Below are positions 39,958 to 49,834 of a DNA stretch of 64,000 bases, in pieces; the stretch's first letter is position 1, and every line of letters begins with the position of its first letter. This DNA is from an uncultured bacterium (lineage in GTDB: Bacteria > Chloroflexota > Anaerolineae > Anaerolineales > UBA4823). The position numbers and the translations under genes were made by a program. The notes beneath the pieces are model-generated. The model was not told the DNA's origin. It ran no database searches and saw only the letters and a program-made list of their open reading frames with translations. The stretch spans positions 14,152 through 78,151 of the forward strand of contig CBFDCK010000001.1 in NCBI GenBank assembly GCA_965603285.1, given 5' to 3'.

Positions 39958-41493
39958 ATGCAAGCAATCAAAACTCGTTTTACCTACCTGTTCCGCTCCA
40001 CCCGGGGCTTAACGTTGGTAGCCATCGCCATGGTAGCTCTGGTAACCGCGATTTGGGGTACCCTTTCTGGTCCGATGGTTGAATGGGGGGTCAAGGATAT
40101 CACCGTCAACCTGCTCAACATGGATTTGGTGCAAGCCGAGCGCGAAGGTCGCATCATCATGCTCTACCACACCATCGCCATGACCATCATCGCCATTGAA
40201 GTCTACTTCATGACCGAAATGTTGCCAATGAAGCGTTATGAGCAGGTAATCATCAACGCTACCATTACCGTTGGCTATCTCACTGCGCTCATTTTTGGAT
40301 TGGTCTTTGGGTATTTTGGCCATAACTTTGTCTTCCACGGGCTGTTCCTTGTCGGTCAGTCGCTGGTCTTCTTCGCCGGCATCCTGCTGGCGGCGGCGCT
40401 CTGGCCGTGGAAAAAAGATTACCGGCTGGAAAAGGAATCGCCCTTCACCCACACCAAAAGTGGTATTGATCTGGAGCGCACGGCTTTCTTTGTAATGGTA
40501 GTCGCCACACTGCTCTCGGCTACCTTTGGCGCAGTGACTGGCTCTTACTGGGGCAACGGTCACGAGACCTTTTTAGGCGAAGATTTGATCCGTGTCCCTC
40601 ACAAAACCGCGTTGCAGAAAGCCATAATCGGTCACCTGCACATTATGTTAACCCTGGTTGCTGTAGCTATCACTCTTATTGTGGGGCGCTGGATGAAATT
40701 CCAGGGCATCCTCCAGAAAATTGCCATGCCCTTGATGATTATCGGCACCATCATTATTACAATGGGAGCCTTGTCGATCGTGTGGTTGACCTGGGCTCAC
40801 ACTACGATCTACTTTGGTTCGGTTTTTGTGATGTTGGCTGCGCTGTTGTTTGTGATCTTCTCTTGGAACAAGTTGATCAAAGAAGGCACCGCAGATATCG
40901 AAAAACCCAATTTCTTCAAAAAAACAGGTGCACTTTTGCATGATCCGCTCAAATTCGGCCCCGGTTGGCAGATGGTTTTCATGAACTTCGTTGTCAGCGG
41001 TGTGGGTATCTTCATGGCAGTCAAATTGGATGAGATCTTCCGCGTTTGGCCGCACCGGGATGAACGCATCACTCTTTCCGGGCACTGGCACATCCTGGCA
41101 GCGCTGATCGCCACCATAATCCTCTTATACTTCGGTGATCTCTCCGGACTGAAAGGTAAGGTGCGCAAATGGTACGGGTGGATAATTATCATTATGTCTG
41201 ACCTGGCATTTGCCTCTGCGACCATCTTTTCTATGAAACGCTTGTTCGTTCCCGAAAGTGAGCAGCAGTCGTTAGTCAATACGCTTATGTTGCTGATGGA
41301 TATGGGATTAGCCCTGGTGCTGTTGGCACTGGCAATCTTCATGGGCTGGCGATTATTCGATCTGTTCAAGAAAAATGGTCTTTGGAGCAAAGAATTAGCT
41401 GCTGAGAGAAAAATCAACGCAGAAACTGAGATAGAGGAAAGCAAACGCAAACTGGATGAACTCCAGGCAACTCTTGAGGAGGTATCCAAATGA
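39958..41493 (+). CDS. 12-TM His-rich membrane protein, heme-copper-oxidase subunit I-like architecture (non-canonical)
   Basis: 12 hydrophobic segments by eye; His in TM2 'MLYHT', HxH in TM6 'GHLH' and TM10 'GHWH'; GGAG RBS before ATG 39958. Confidence 0.6.
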   Translation: MQAIKTRFTYLFRSTRGLTLVAIAMVALVTAIWGTLSGPMVEWGVKDITVNLLNMDLVQAEREGRIIMLYHTIAMTIIAIEVYFMTEMLPMKRYEQVIINATITVGYLTALIFGLVFGYFGHNFVFHGLFLVGQSLVFFAGILLAAALWPWKKDYRLEKESPFTHTKSGIDLERTAFFVMVVATLLSATFGAVTGSYWGNGHETFLGEDLIRVPHKTALQKAIIGHLHIMLTLVAVAITLIVGRWMKFQGILQKIAMPLMIIGTIIITMGALSIVWLTWAHTTIYFGSVFVMLAALLFVIFSWNKLIKEGTADIEKPNFFKKTGALLHDPLKFGPGWQMVFMNFVVSGVGIFMAVKLDEIFRVWPHRDERITLSGHWHILAALIATIILLYFGDLSGLKGKVRKWYGWIIIIMSDLAFASATIFSMKRLFVPESEQQSLVNTLMLLMDMGLALVLLALAIFMGWRLFDLFKKNGLWSKELAAERKINAETEIEESKRKLDELQATLEEVSK

Positions 41494-42458
41494 AGCGCCT
41501 TATCTTCAGTTTACTATTAGTTATTTTACTGGCAACCGCCTGTGGACCAGCCCCCAGCGTCAGTGCCATTAGCCCACCTTACGTGGATACAGGCATCGAT
41601 CCAGATTCCTGGGCAACCGTCCCGGCTGGCGAATTCCACTACGGGCAGCACGATCACATAACCATGGTGGATTACACTTACCAGATCATGGTCACAGATG
41701 TAACCGTCGATCAATACGCCACCTTTCTTAACGAGGCCATAGCATCTGGCGATATCAGCATCGGTGAATTTGAATTAGAGGCCGGGGAAACCATCTGGAC
41801 CGAAGGTGGAGCCGGTGGCTTTTATGAAGGCGATCCCTTCGATGGCTACAAACACGAAGAGGAAATCAAGGCTGGCGATAAACTCTATGTACCTCTGCAT
41901 GACGAGGGTCTGCGTCTGATATTCGATGGACAGACCTTCTCCGCTATCCCCGAATACGCCAATCACCCTATGACGCTGGTCACCTGGTTTGGCGCCAACG
42001 CCTTTTGCGAGAATTATGACTGGCGCCTGCCGACCGAAATCGAATGGGAAAAAGCCGCCCGCGGTACTGAGATAGTGGATGGTCATGGTCTGCCCTTCCC
42101 CTGGGGTGAGGAAATCCACGGCAATAATGCCAATTATTACTCTTCTTTCGATCTGTTTGAAAGAATGTTCGGTAAATTGGGCAACACCACCCCAACCGGT
42201 TTCTATAATGGTCAAACCTACGAAATTGGCGAAGGCAGTTACGAAACACTTGATTCACCCAGCCCCTACGGACTGTATGACATGGCTGGCAACGTCTGGC
42301 AGTGGATGGGTGATGACTACCCAGACCAGCACTACCGCTACATGCGCGGCGGCAGCTTCTATACCTACGAAGTTGACCTGCGTGTATGGAAAAACAACAG
42401 CGCTGGTCCACAGTACTATAGCCCAGCATTGGGATTCAGGTGCACACAGAATCAGTGA
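41490..42458 (+). CDS. FGE/SUMF1-fold (NirV-like) lipoprotein
   Basis: Lipobox-like 'LATAC', 'RLPTEIEWEKAARG', 'GLYDMAGNVWQW', 'RGGSF', 'GFRC'; ATGA overlap with the upstream gene. Confidence 0.88.
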   Translation: MKRLIFSLLLVILLATACGPAPSVSAISPPYVDTGIDPDSWATVPAGEFHYGQHDHITMVDYTYQIMVTDVTVDQYATFLNEAIASGDISIGEFELEAGETIWTEGGAGGFYEGDPFDGYKHEEEIKAGDKLYVPLHDEGLRLIFDGQTFSAIPEYANHPMTLVTWFGANAFCENYDWRLPTEIEWEKAARGTEIVDGHGLPFPWGEEIHGNNANYYSSFDLFERMFGKLGNTTPTGFYNGQTYEIGEGSYETLDSPSPYGLYDMAGNVWQWMGDDYPDQHYRYMRGGSFYTYEVDLRVWKNNSAGPQYYSPALGFRCTQNQ

Positions 42459-42528
42459 ATTGGGACCAGGCAACCAGGCGCTAGCCTCATTGCCAATCGA
42501 TGCCCGTAGCCTTGTTAAGGAGCGCTTT

Positions 42529-43383
42529 GTGAGTATCCTGAAATCGAAATTTCGCCTGTACTGGTCGCTGATCAAAAGCTTGCAAACTGCCCTGTTGCTG
42601 ACAACTGGGCTTGCCGGCTACATGAGCGCCCGCTGCCCAATCTTCAGCATCTGGACCATCTTAGGTGTGGCTGGCAGCCTGTTCCTTGTAATCAGTGGCA
42701 GTACTGTCCTCAATATGTGGTATGACCGCGATATAGACGCCAAAATGTCGCGCACCTGCACCCGTCCGCTCCCGGCAGGGGAAATCCCACCGCAGGAAGT
42801 CCTGTTCTTCGGGTTAACGATCTCGATTCTGGGTGTTGGTTGGGCTTTCGCAATGGACCCACTCTTTGGAGCCATCGTCTTTGCCGGGCTGTTCTTCGAT
42901 ATGTTAGTTTACACCATCTGGCTCAAACGCCGCACCTGCTGGAGCATCGTCTGGGGAGGTATCGCTGGGGCAATGCCCGTACTGGCAGGTCGTGCCCTGG
43001 GGTTGGGCTATATCGACTGGGTCGGCATCGCGCTCGCGCTGGGGATCCTTTTCTGGATTCCCACCCACATCCTAACCTTCAACATGCGTTACCACAAGGA
43101 GTTTCAGGCTGCAGGCATCCCCACTTTTGCATCCACCTACAGCTTCCAATTCACCCGCGTTACGATCGCAATCTCCAGTGTGCTGGCTGCCATGCTAATG
43201 GGGTTTGCAGCCTACGGCATCGGCATGAATTGGGGATACCTGCGCTTGATGGTCGTACTCTCCAGCGGTCTGCTGGTGCTGGCCGTGGTCAGTATGATCA
43301 AACCCTCTGAACAAGTGAATTTTGGGCTCTTTAAATACGCCTCGCTCTATATGCTCGGCTCAATGTTATTAATTACATTGTAA
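42529..43383 (+). CDS. cyoE: protoheme IX farnesyltransferase (heme O synthase)
   Basis: 'NMWYDRDID.KM.RT..RPLP', 'YTIWLKRR', 'GG.AGAMP', 'WIPTH'; AAGGAG + GTG 42529. Confidence 0.9.
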   Translation: MSILKSKFRLYWSLIKSLQTALLLTTGLAGYMSARCPIFSIWTILGVAGSLFLVISGSTVLNMWYDRDIDAKMSRTCTRPLPAGEIPPQEVLFFGLTISILGVGWAFAMDPLFGAIVFAGLFFDMLVYTIWLKRRTCWSIVWGGIAGAMPVLAGRALGLGYIDWVGIALALGILFWIPTHILTFNMRYHKEFQAAGIPTFASTYSFQFTRVTIAISSVLAAMLMGFAAYGIGMNWGYLRLMVVLSSGLLVLAVVSMIKPSEQVNFGLFKYASLYMLGSMLLITL

Positions 43384-43400
43384 GTTCTGGTGGGAAATCT

Positions 43401-43724
43401 CAGGCTAGGAAAGAATATCTATCTTGGATCGAATTTTTACTGCTGATGAGCGGATTGCTGGCGGTGGTCGTGATCTGCTTCGCCACACCTGGATAGTTGG
43501 TAACCTTCACGTTAGCCTTTATTCATGGCATAGTAAGTATGCCGATCTTCTTGTTGTCCATCATCCTAAGCCTGCGCATGTATACACCCATCCCCAAGCC
43601 GCTTCTGGCGTTAATGTACATCGGGATTGGCGGCAGCTTGTTCCTTGCGAGTCTCCATTATTATAAACATATCTGGGTGACAGAGAGAGGGCGGGTTAAG
43701 GACATCGCTGGTATGTCGCATTGA
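43401..43724 (+). pseudogene. small membrane-protein remnant with an in-frame TAG at 43494-43496
   Basis: 'EYLSWIEFLLLMSGLLAVVVICFATPG*LVTFTLAFIHGIVSMP...': hydrophobic frame continues across the stop. Confidence 0.45.
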
Positions 43725-43788
43725 ACGCCGTATTTTTTTGGTGAGGCGGGGATTTCCGGTAGGGACGCCGGAGAGATCTTGTAAAAAC

Positions 43789-46596
43789 TCAGGCTCGTTT
43801 CTGACGCCAGGTCAGAATGTACTTGTAAGCTTCAGCTGTCAGGGATGGCAAAATAAGAAGGGGGATGATCAACTGCCATTGGGTCCAACCCAGGGGGATG
43901 GTGTTGAAAATTGGCTGTAAAAAAGGAACGTACACGACCAGCAGGATCAATATAAACGAGGATAGCACCGCCAGGTTCATATAGCGGTTGGTAAAAACGC
44001 CGATTTTGAGAATTGGGTAGCGCTCTGAACGGGCGGTGAAGGCACGCAGCAGTTCAGAGAGCGAGAGCGTCACGAAGGCCATCGTCATGGCGAATTTGGG
44101 CTGGTTGGGATAGAGACGCAATCCCATCATGTAAGCTGCCAGTGTGACGGCAGTGATAGCTACGGTCTGGATGGCGATACCGTTGCGCATAGAGCGGTTG
44201 ATGATGGGCTCCTTCGCCGGGCGAGGGGGTTGATCCATGATGTCCGGATCGCCTTTTTCGGTGGCGAGGGCTAGAGCTGGTGCGCCGTCGGTAATCAAAT
44301 TCAACCACAGGATCTGCAGAGCAGTTAAGGGAGAGGCGCCAACAAACAGGGTGCCTAGGAAAATAATGGCGATCTCCGCCAGGTTGCAAGAGAGCAGGTA
44401 GTAGACGAACTTGCGGATGTTGCTGTAGATCACACGCCCCTGCTCGACGGCGTCGACGATGCTGACGTAGTTATCGTCGGTCAGTACCATGTCGGCGCTC
44501 TCCTTGGCGACATCAGTTCCAGTGATACCCATCGCTACACCGATATCAGCGCGCTTGATGGATGGGGCATCATTGACGCCATCGCCGGTCATGGCGACTA
44601 CCTGTCCATCCGCGCGAAAAGCCTCAACGATGCGCAGCTTGTGCTCCGGAGATACGCGTGCGTATACACCGGTGTGTGCGACCTCGCCCTGCAAGGTGGC
44701 ATCGTCCATCTGGTTCATATCGGGTCCGGTGAGAACACCCTGTCCGGATTTAAGTAGACCGATTGATTCGGCGATGGCGCGTGCTGTTTTTGGGTAATCG
44801 CCAGTGATCATAACGGTGCGAATGCCGGCATGGTTTCCCTTTTCCAGGGCCGAGGGTACTTCAGGACGCGGTGGGTCGATCATGCCGATCAAACCCACAA
44901 AAACCAGATCCTTTTCCAAGGAAGCGACATCATCAATCTCAGGCGGTTGTGGGGTGATGCGATAAGCCATTCCGAGCACCCGTAGCGCGTCCTGCGTCAT
45001 CAGATCATTCGCGGCCAGTATGCGCATACGCTCATCCTCATCCAAGAGGGATGTGCGGTCATCCATGCGCTGATATTGGGTGCAGTATTTCAGCACGATG
45101 TCCGGCGCACCCTTCACGGTAATTGTGTAGCGCTCGCGCTGTTGGTTGTCATAAAGTGGGGAAATGTCCTCCGGTCGGGGATCCTTAATTTGGTTGATTG
45201 TCAGCATACGTTTGCGGTCCGAATCAAAGGGAATTTCCTGAACGCGCGGATATGCGCTGTTCAGGTCTTCGGATCGCGCTCCGGCTTTGACTGCCGCCAC
45301 GATCAGAGCGCCTTCGGTTGGATCACCTACCATGCGGTAAGTTTTCTTGTCTTGGCTGGTACCGCTGACCTCTAAACCGGCGTCATTGTTCAGAGCGGCA
45401 ACCCATAAATTTGTTAACGCTGCCGGGTAATCTGCTAGGTTGATCTTCTTCTGGTTGTGTAAGAATTCTCCGGTTGGGGTGTAACCATGTCCACTAATGG
45501 TAAAAAACTCACCATTGACCCACATTGTGGTGGCTGTCATTTCGTTTTGGGTCAGGGTGCCGGTCTTGTCGGAGCAGATGACAGTGGTGGACCCGAGGGT
45601 CTCAACAGAAGATAGGCGCCGGATTAATGCATTGCGCTTGATCATCTCGCGCATCCCCAGGGCCAGGCTTATTGTAACCACCGCGGGCAATCCCTCCGGA
45701 ACGGCTGCGATCGCCAGGCTGACCGCGATAAGGAACATATCGAGTGGGTTGAAGCCGCGTATCCAGCCGACCAGAAAAACCAGGGCGCATACGGCAATCG
45801 CCGCCCAGCCGAGCGTTTTCCCCAATTGATCCAGGCGTCGCTGGAGAGGCGTGGGTTCCATCTCCACGGACTGCAGCATCTCGGCGATTATGCCGATCTG
45901 GGTGTTCATGCCGGTGCTTATCACGACACCCTTACCGCGACCATGATTGACCATGGTGCCCATGAAGGCGGTATTTTTACGGTCCCCAAGAGGAATATCC
46001 GACTCGAGACGTACGGTGGCGTCTTTCCGCACAGGCACGGATTCGCCTGTCAGGGCGGCTTCCTCAATGCGTAGATTGACTGCTTCGATCAGGCGCAAAT
46101 CCGCGGGGACGTAATTGCCAGATAACAGAAAAGCCAGGTCACCAGGGACTAGACCGCTGGAGGGGATTGTCTGGTGCGAGCCATCGCGGATAACGTGAGC
46201 TTCGGGAGCTGCAAGCTTATGCAGCGCTGCCAGGGACTGTTCAGCGCGCCGCTCCTGGATGATTCCCAGCGCGGCGTTCAAGATTACAATTGCCAGAATC
46301 GCGGCTGCCTCAATGAAATCCCCCAGCAGGGCTGAGATAACTGCCGCAACGATCAGCAGCATCACCACAAAATTATTGAACTGCTCCCAAAGCATCTGCC
46401 AGAAAGTTGTGGGGGGAGCTTCAGCAAGCTGGTTGGGGCCATATTGCTCTAAACGGTGCTCTACCTCCTGGGATGAAAGGCCGCGTTCCTCCAGCGTCCT
46501 TAATTCAAAAAGCACATCCTTGGCTGCCAGGGTGTGCCAATCATTCCCGTGTTTATTGGTAGAGATTACTTGTGGGCTAAATTTCTCAATCGTCAT
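43789..46596 (-). CDS. P-type cation (Ca2+-like, P2A) transporting ATPase
   Basis: 'TGES', 'PEGL', 'DKTGT', 'KGAP', 'TGDGVND', 'NLITDG.PA'. Confidence 0.93.
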   Translation of the reverse strand: MTIEKFSPQVISTNKHGNDWHTLAAKDVLFELRTLEERGLSSQEVEHRLEQYGPNQLAEAPPTTFWQMLWEQFNNFVVMLLIVAAVISALLGDFIEAAAILAIVILNAALGIIQERRAEQSLAALHKLAAPEAHVIRDGSHQTIPSSGLVPGDLAFLLSGNYVPADLRLIEAVNLRIEEAALTGESVPVRKDATVRLESDIPLGDRKNTAFMGTMVNHGRGKGVVISTGMNTQIGIIAEMLQSVEMEPTPLQRRLDQLGKTLGWAAIAVCALVFLVGWIRGFNPLDMFLIAVSLAIAAVPEGLPAVVTISLALGMREMIKRNALIRRLSSVETLGSTTVICSDKTGTLTQNEMTATTMWVNGEFFTISGHGYTPTGEFLHNQKKINLADYPAALTNLWVAALNNDAGLEVSGTSQDKKTYRMVGDPTEGALIVAAVKAGARSEDLNSAYPRVQEIPFDSDRKRMLTINQIKDPRPEDISPLYDNQQRERYTITVKGAPDIVLKYCTQYQRMDDRTSLLDEDERMRILAANDLMTQDALRVLGMAYRITPQPPEIDDVASLEKDLVFVGLIGMIDPPRPEVPSALEKGNHAGIRTVMITGDYPKTARAIAESIGLLKSGQGVLTGPDMNQMDDATLQGEVAHTGVYARVSPEHKLRIVEAFRADGQVVAMTGDGVNDAPSIKRADIGVAMGITGTDVAKESADMVLTDDNYVSIVDAVEQGRVIYSNIRKFVYYLLSCNLAEIAIIFLGTLFVGASPLTALQILWLNLITDGAPALALATEKGDPDIMDQPPRPAKEPIINRSMRNGIAIQTVAITAVTLAAYMMGLRLYPNQPKFAMTMAFVTLSLSELLRAFTARSERYPILKIGVFTNRYMNLAVLSSFILILLVVYVPFLQPIFNTIPLGWTQWQLIIPLLILPSLTAEAYKYILTWRQKRA

Positions 46597-46841
46597 GTTT
46601 ATCTAGAAGTAATTGTCATCAGATATTTTGGTTGAATGCTAAGATTCTATGGGGAATCCTGAGACGTGTAATTCTCCTTTCCCAAATCGTCTGGTTCGCA
46701 AGTTTTATTCTAAATGGAATACCATGTAGCTTACTGCGTGGGTTCCAAGTCTATTAAATGAAATCATATGATTAATTACCGGAAAAACCGCCCCGCATTG
46801 TACCCCACGATTAAAAATGTGACCACCTGTGGGATAAGTGT

Positions 46842-46885
46842 TATGACAATCGTCACTGTTATTTTAAGACAGCCCTAACTATAAT
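46842..46885 (+). promoter_or_regulatory. CRP/FNR-like box plus -10 element upstream of icd
   Basis: TATGA-caatcg-TCACT (46842-46857) and TATAAT (46880-46885). Confidence 0.45.
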
Positions 46886-47023
46886 CGGCGTACATTCTAA
46901 GAGCAAGTGTGCGAGTCTAAACGGTTTGCTAACTACCAGCGTCCAGATATGCTGATCAGGTATTGTGTATGGGGTGTAAGAATGTGAACTCGCATAGAAA
47001 TTATGAGCGACGGAGATTGTGTT

Positions 47024-48322
47024 ATGAGCTATGAAATTGTCCTGGTTCCTGATAATGGGACAAAAGTATCCATAGAAAACGGCAATCTGAACGTGCCCGA
47101 TAATCCAATTATCCCATTCGTAGAAGGGGACGGCACAGGCAGAGATATCTGGAAGGCTTCTCAGCGTGTGTTTGATGCAGCTGTGGAGAAAGCTTATCGT
47201 GGGCGGCGAAAGATCTTTTGGATGGAAGTATTTGCTGGGGAAAAAGCTTTTTCTAATTATGGTTCCTGGCTGCCCGATGAGACCATAAACGCTTTTCGGG
47301 AATTTCGAGTGGGGATTAAGGGACCTCTGATGACCCCAATTGGTGGGGGCATCCGCTCGTTGAATGTCGCTTTGCGTAAGGCTTTGGACCTGTACGTCTG
47401 CCAACGACCGGTGCGCTATTTTGCAGGTGTGCCGTCGCCAGTGAAGCATCCGGAATATGTTGATATGGTGGTCTTCCGCGAGAACACGGAAGATATCTAT
47501 GCCGGTATTGAATTTGAACTTGGAACCGCTGAAAGCCAGCTTTTTAAGGATACTTTCAGGGAGCAATTCCCGGACGAGTACGCCAAGATGCGCTTTCCGG
47601 ATACAGCTGGGATCGGTCTCAAGCCGATTTCAAAGGAAGGTACGGATCGCCTGGTTCGAGCGGCAATCCAGTGGGCGTTGGACAATGGCCGCCGCAGCGT
47701 GACGTTGGTACACAAGGGCAACATCATGAAATTCACGGAGGGTGCCTTCCGAATGTGGGGCTATGAGTTGGCTGAGGTAGAGTTTGAAGACCTGGTATAC
47801 ACCTGGAAGCAATGGGAACGCACTAAAGACGAAGTGGGTGAAGAGAAAGCTAACGCCGAGCAGGATGAAGCCCTCAAAAATGGAAAACTGCTCGTAAAGG
47901 ATGTGATCGCGGATATCGTTTTCCAGCAGACGATCACCAGGGCGCGCGAATTTGATGTACTGGCGACCATGAATTTGAACGGCGATTACCTCTCAGATGC
48001 GTTGGCAGCTCAAGTGGGCGGAATTGGCATTGCTCCCGGTGGAAATATAAATTACATGACCGGACACGCAATATTTGAAGCCACGCACGGCACGGCGCCC
48101 AAGTACGCTGACCAGGATAAGGTCAACCCGGGTTCGGTTATCTTGTCTGGGGAGATGATGTTTTGCTATATGGGCTGGACCGAAGCCGCGGATATAATCC
48201 TCCAAGGGATGGAGGGAGCCATCGCTGCCAAGACCGTTACGTATGATTTTCACCGCTTGATGGACGACGCCTCGCTTCTTAAATGCTCGGAGTTCGGCGA
48301 CGCTGTGATCAAGCATATGTAG
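47024..48322 (+). CDS. icd: NADP-dependent isocitrate dehydrogenase
   Basis: 'EGDGTG', '[15 protein letters not shown]', 'RENTED', 'NLNGDYLSD', '[10 protein letters not shown]'. Confidence 0.96.
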   Translation: MSYEIVLVPDNGTKVSIENGNLNVPDNPIIPFVEGDGTGRDIWKASQRVFDAAVEKAYRGRRKIFWMEVFAGEKAFSNYGSWLPDETINAFREFRVGIKGPLMTPIGGGIRSLNVALRKALDLYVCQRPVRYFAGVPSPVKHPEYVDMVVFRENTEDIYAGIEFELGTAESQLFKDTFREQFPDEYAKMRFPDTAGIGLKPISKEGTDRLVRAAIQWALDNGRRSVTLVHKGNIMKFTEGAFRMWGYELAEVEFEDLVYTWKQWERTKDEVGEEKANAEQDEALKNGKLLVKDVIADIVFQQTITRAREFDVLATMNLNGDYLSDALAAQVGGIGIAPGGNINYMTGHAIFEATHGTAPKYADQDKVNPGSVILSGEMMFCYMGWTEAADIILQGMEGAIAAKTVTYDFHRLMDDASLLKCSEFGDAVIKHM

Positions 48323-48492
48323 GTTTGGTTTTTGATGGTGGTAAAAATTTAATTGAGCCGTTTTCCTTAAAGGGCAGGTAAGTCACAACAGATAGTCAAC
48401 CTTAACCAGCCGACCAACCTTAATCAGCTGTCCGGGCTCCCACGACCGGCGTATCCATAAGACAATGACAATAGAAGCCGCATTGATAGAAT

Positions 48493-48519
48493 AAAGCCCC
48501 CCGGGAATGGGGGGCTTTT
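48493..48519. terminator. bidirectional intrinsic terminator between icd and the bc operon
   Basis: aaagcccccc-gggaat-ggggggcttt. Confidence 0.75.
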
Positions 48520-48616
48520 GCAATACTGAGGAGGACAAGCGCAGTGCGATGCTTCTGTAATGAAGTTTCTAAGCGATGGGGTAGTAGTGTCAGCGTGCCA
48601 GTCCTCTCAGTTATCG

Positions 48617-49822
48617 CTAAGGTGATGGTGTCGGCGTGACCGTGGGTAGGGTCTCCTCTGAAGGTGGTTCTGCGCTGCCGGTGGAAGCGGCAGTCGCATC
48701 GTCAACTGTGTTCGGTGCACCGCCGAGCACCCAGCGCTCAAAGATATCTATCAGTTCAGGCTTGAGCGCCTTAGTGGGGGGCATGGGTCCACCGGCCTCA
48801 ATCTCTTCACGGTGGATCATACGGATCAGGTTGCTGGTCAGATCACCGGGAATGACGTTCGGAGCGTAGTCGCCGCTCTGCATAACCTCATCGTAGGTCG
48901 CCATGAAGTACTCCCCGTTCTTCTTGCCGGGGCGGTGGCAGGAGATACAGTAGCGTTTGATAATTGGGGCGACGTGCACTTCGTACGAAGGCACCTCGTC
49001 GGAAGCGAGCTCAGGAATAGCGGACGCTTGGGCGGCTTCTGCGGGGATTTCGATACGGTCGTCCCAGGTATAGCGCATGAAAGCCACGATTGCTTCGATT
49101 TCTCCCGGACCAAGCTCTCCGGCGTACGCCTTGCTAAATGGGGGCATCCCCAACGACCCTTGTCCGAATCCGATGATATTGAAGAAGGTTTCGTCGCTGC
49201 GAGTGTACATTTCATCCTGACTGCTTATGGACTTTACTTCAACACCTTCTAGACCTTCCACACCTATAATTTCACCCCCTTCACCATCAGCGCCGTGGCA
49301 TTCTACGCAGTAGAGACCGTAAAGTTCTTCGCCTGCTACGATCTTCTCGGAAATTGTGCCGGCAAGCGTGCCGCTCTCTTCCTGTGCTGGTGTGGTCACA
49401 ACCGCTACGACTGTCAGGGCAACCATTCCAATTACGATGACTGTCATTATCGAGATGGCGAGTTTTCGTTTGCGCCAGAAGCGATTCGGGTTGCGATCGA
49501 AAAATGGTAACAGGATCAGCGCCAGAACGGCTATTGAAGGGATAATTGCGGTTCCAACCCATTCGAGTTGACCCGGAAAATATTTGAGCATTTGGAAGAG
49601 AAATAAGAAGTACCATTCCGGACGTGGAATGTAGGATGTATCGCTGGGGTCGGCTTTCGGTTCTCCGGCAACGCCCACGAATATAGCCAACCCGATCAGC
49701 AGCACGAAAAGACCAAACGAGACAATGATGTCCTTGTATACGATGTCAGGGTAGAACTTGACACCCTTCTGCTTCTCTTTTTTATACTTCTTGTAATACT
49801 CTTGCTTTTGTTCTTCGTTCAC
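48617..49822 (-). CDS. Rieske/cytochrome b complex subunit IV fused to a diheme cytochrome c (QcrC-like)
   Basis: 'RPEWYF', 3 TMs, 'CVECH' and 'CISCH'. Confidence 0.88.
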   Translation of the reverse strand: MNEEQKQEYYKKYKKEKQKGVKFYPDIVYKDIIVSFGLFVLLIGLAIFVGVAGEPKADPSDTSYIPRPEWYFLFLFQMLKYFPGQLEWVGTAIIPSIAVLALILLPFFDRNPNRFWRKRKLAISIMTVIVIGMVALTVVAVVTTPAQEESGTLAGTISEKIVAGEELYGLYCVECHGADGEGGEIIGVEGLEGVEVKSISSQDEMYTRSDETFFNIIGFGQGSLGMPPFSKAYAGELGPGEIEAIVAFMRYTWDDRIEIPAEAAQASAIPELASDEVPSYEVHVAPIIKRYCISCHRPGKKNGEYFMATYDEVMQSGDYAPNVIPGDLTSNLIRMIHREEIEAGGPMPPTKALKPELIDIFERWVLGGAPNTVDDATAASTGSAEPPSEETLPTVTPTPSP

Positions 49823-49834
49823 TGCGATGCTCCT

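Noticed and set aside
39958..41493. Calling the 12-TM protein norB, ccoN or coxA
   Set aside because: Lacks the TM7 HH pair and the HPxxY/HLWVE motifs
42079..42528. 150-aa N-terminal extension on heme O synthase
   Set aside because: Overlaps the FGE-like gene; an SD plus GTG exists at 42529
48397..48432. 18-bp direct repeat x2
   Set aside because: Two copies with no spacer; not a CRISPR array
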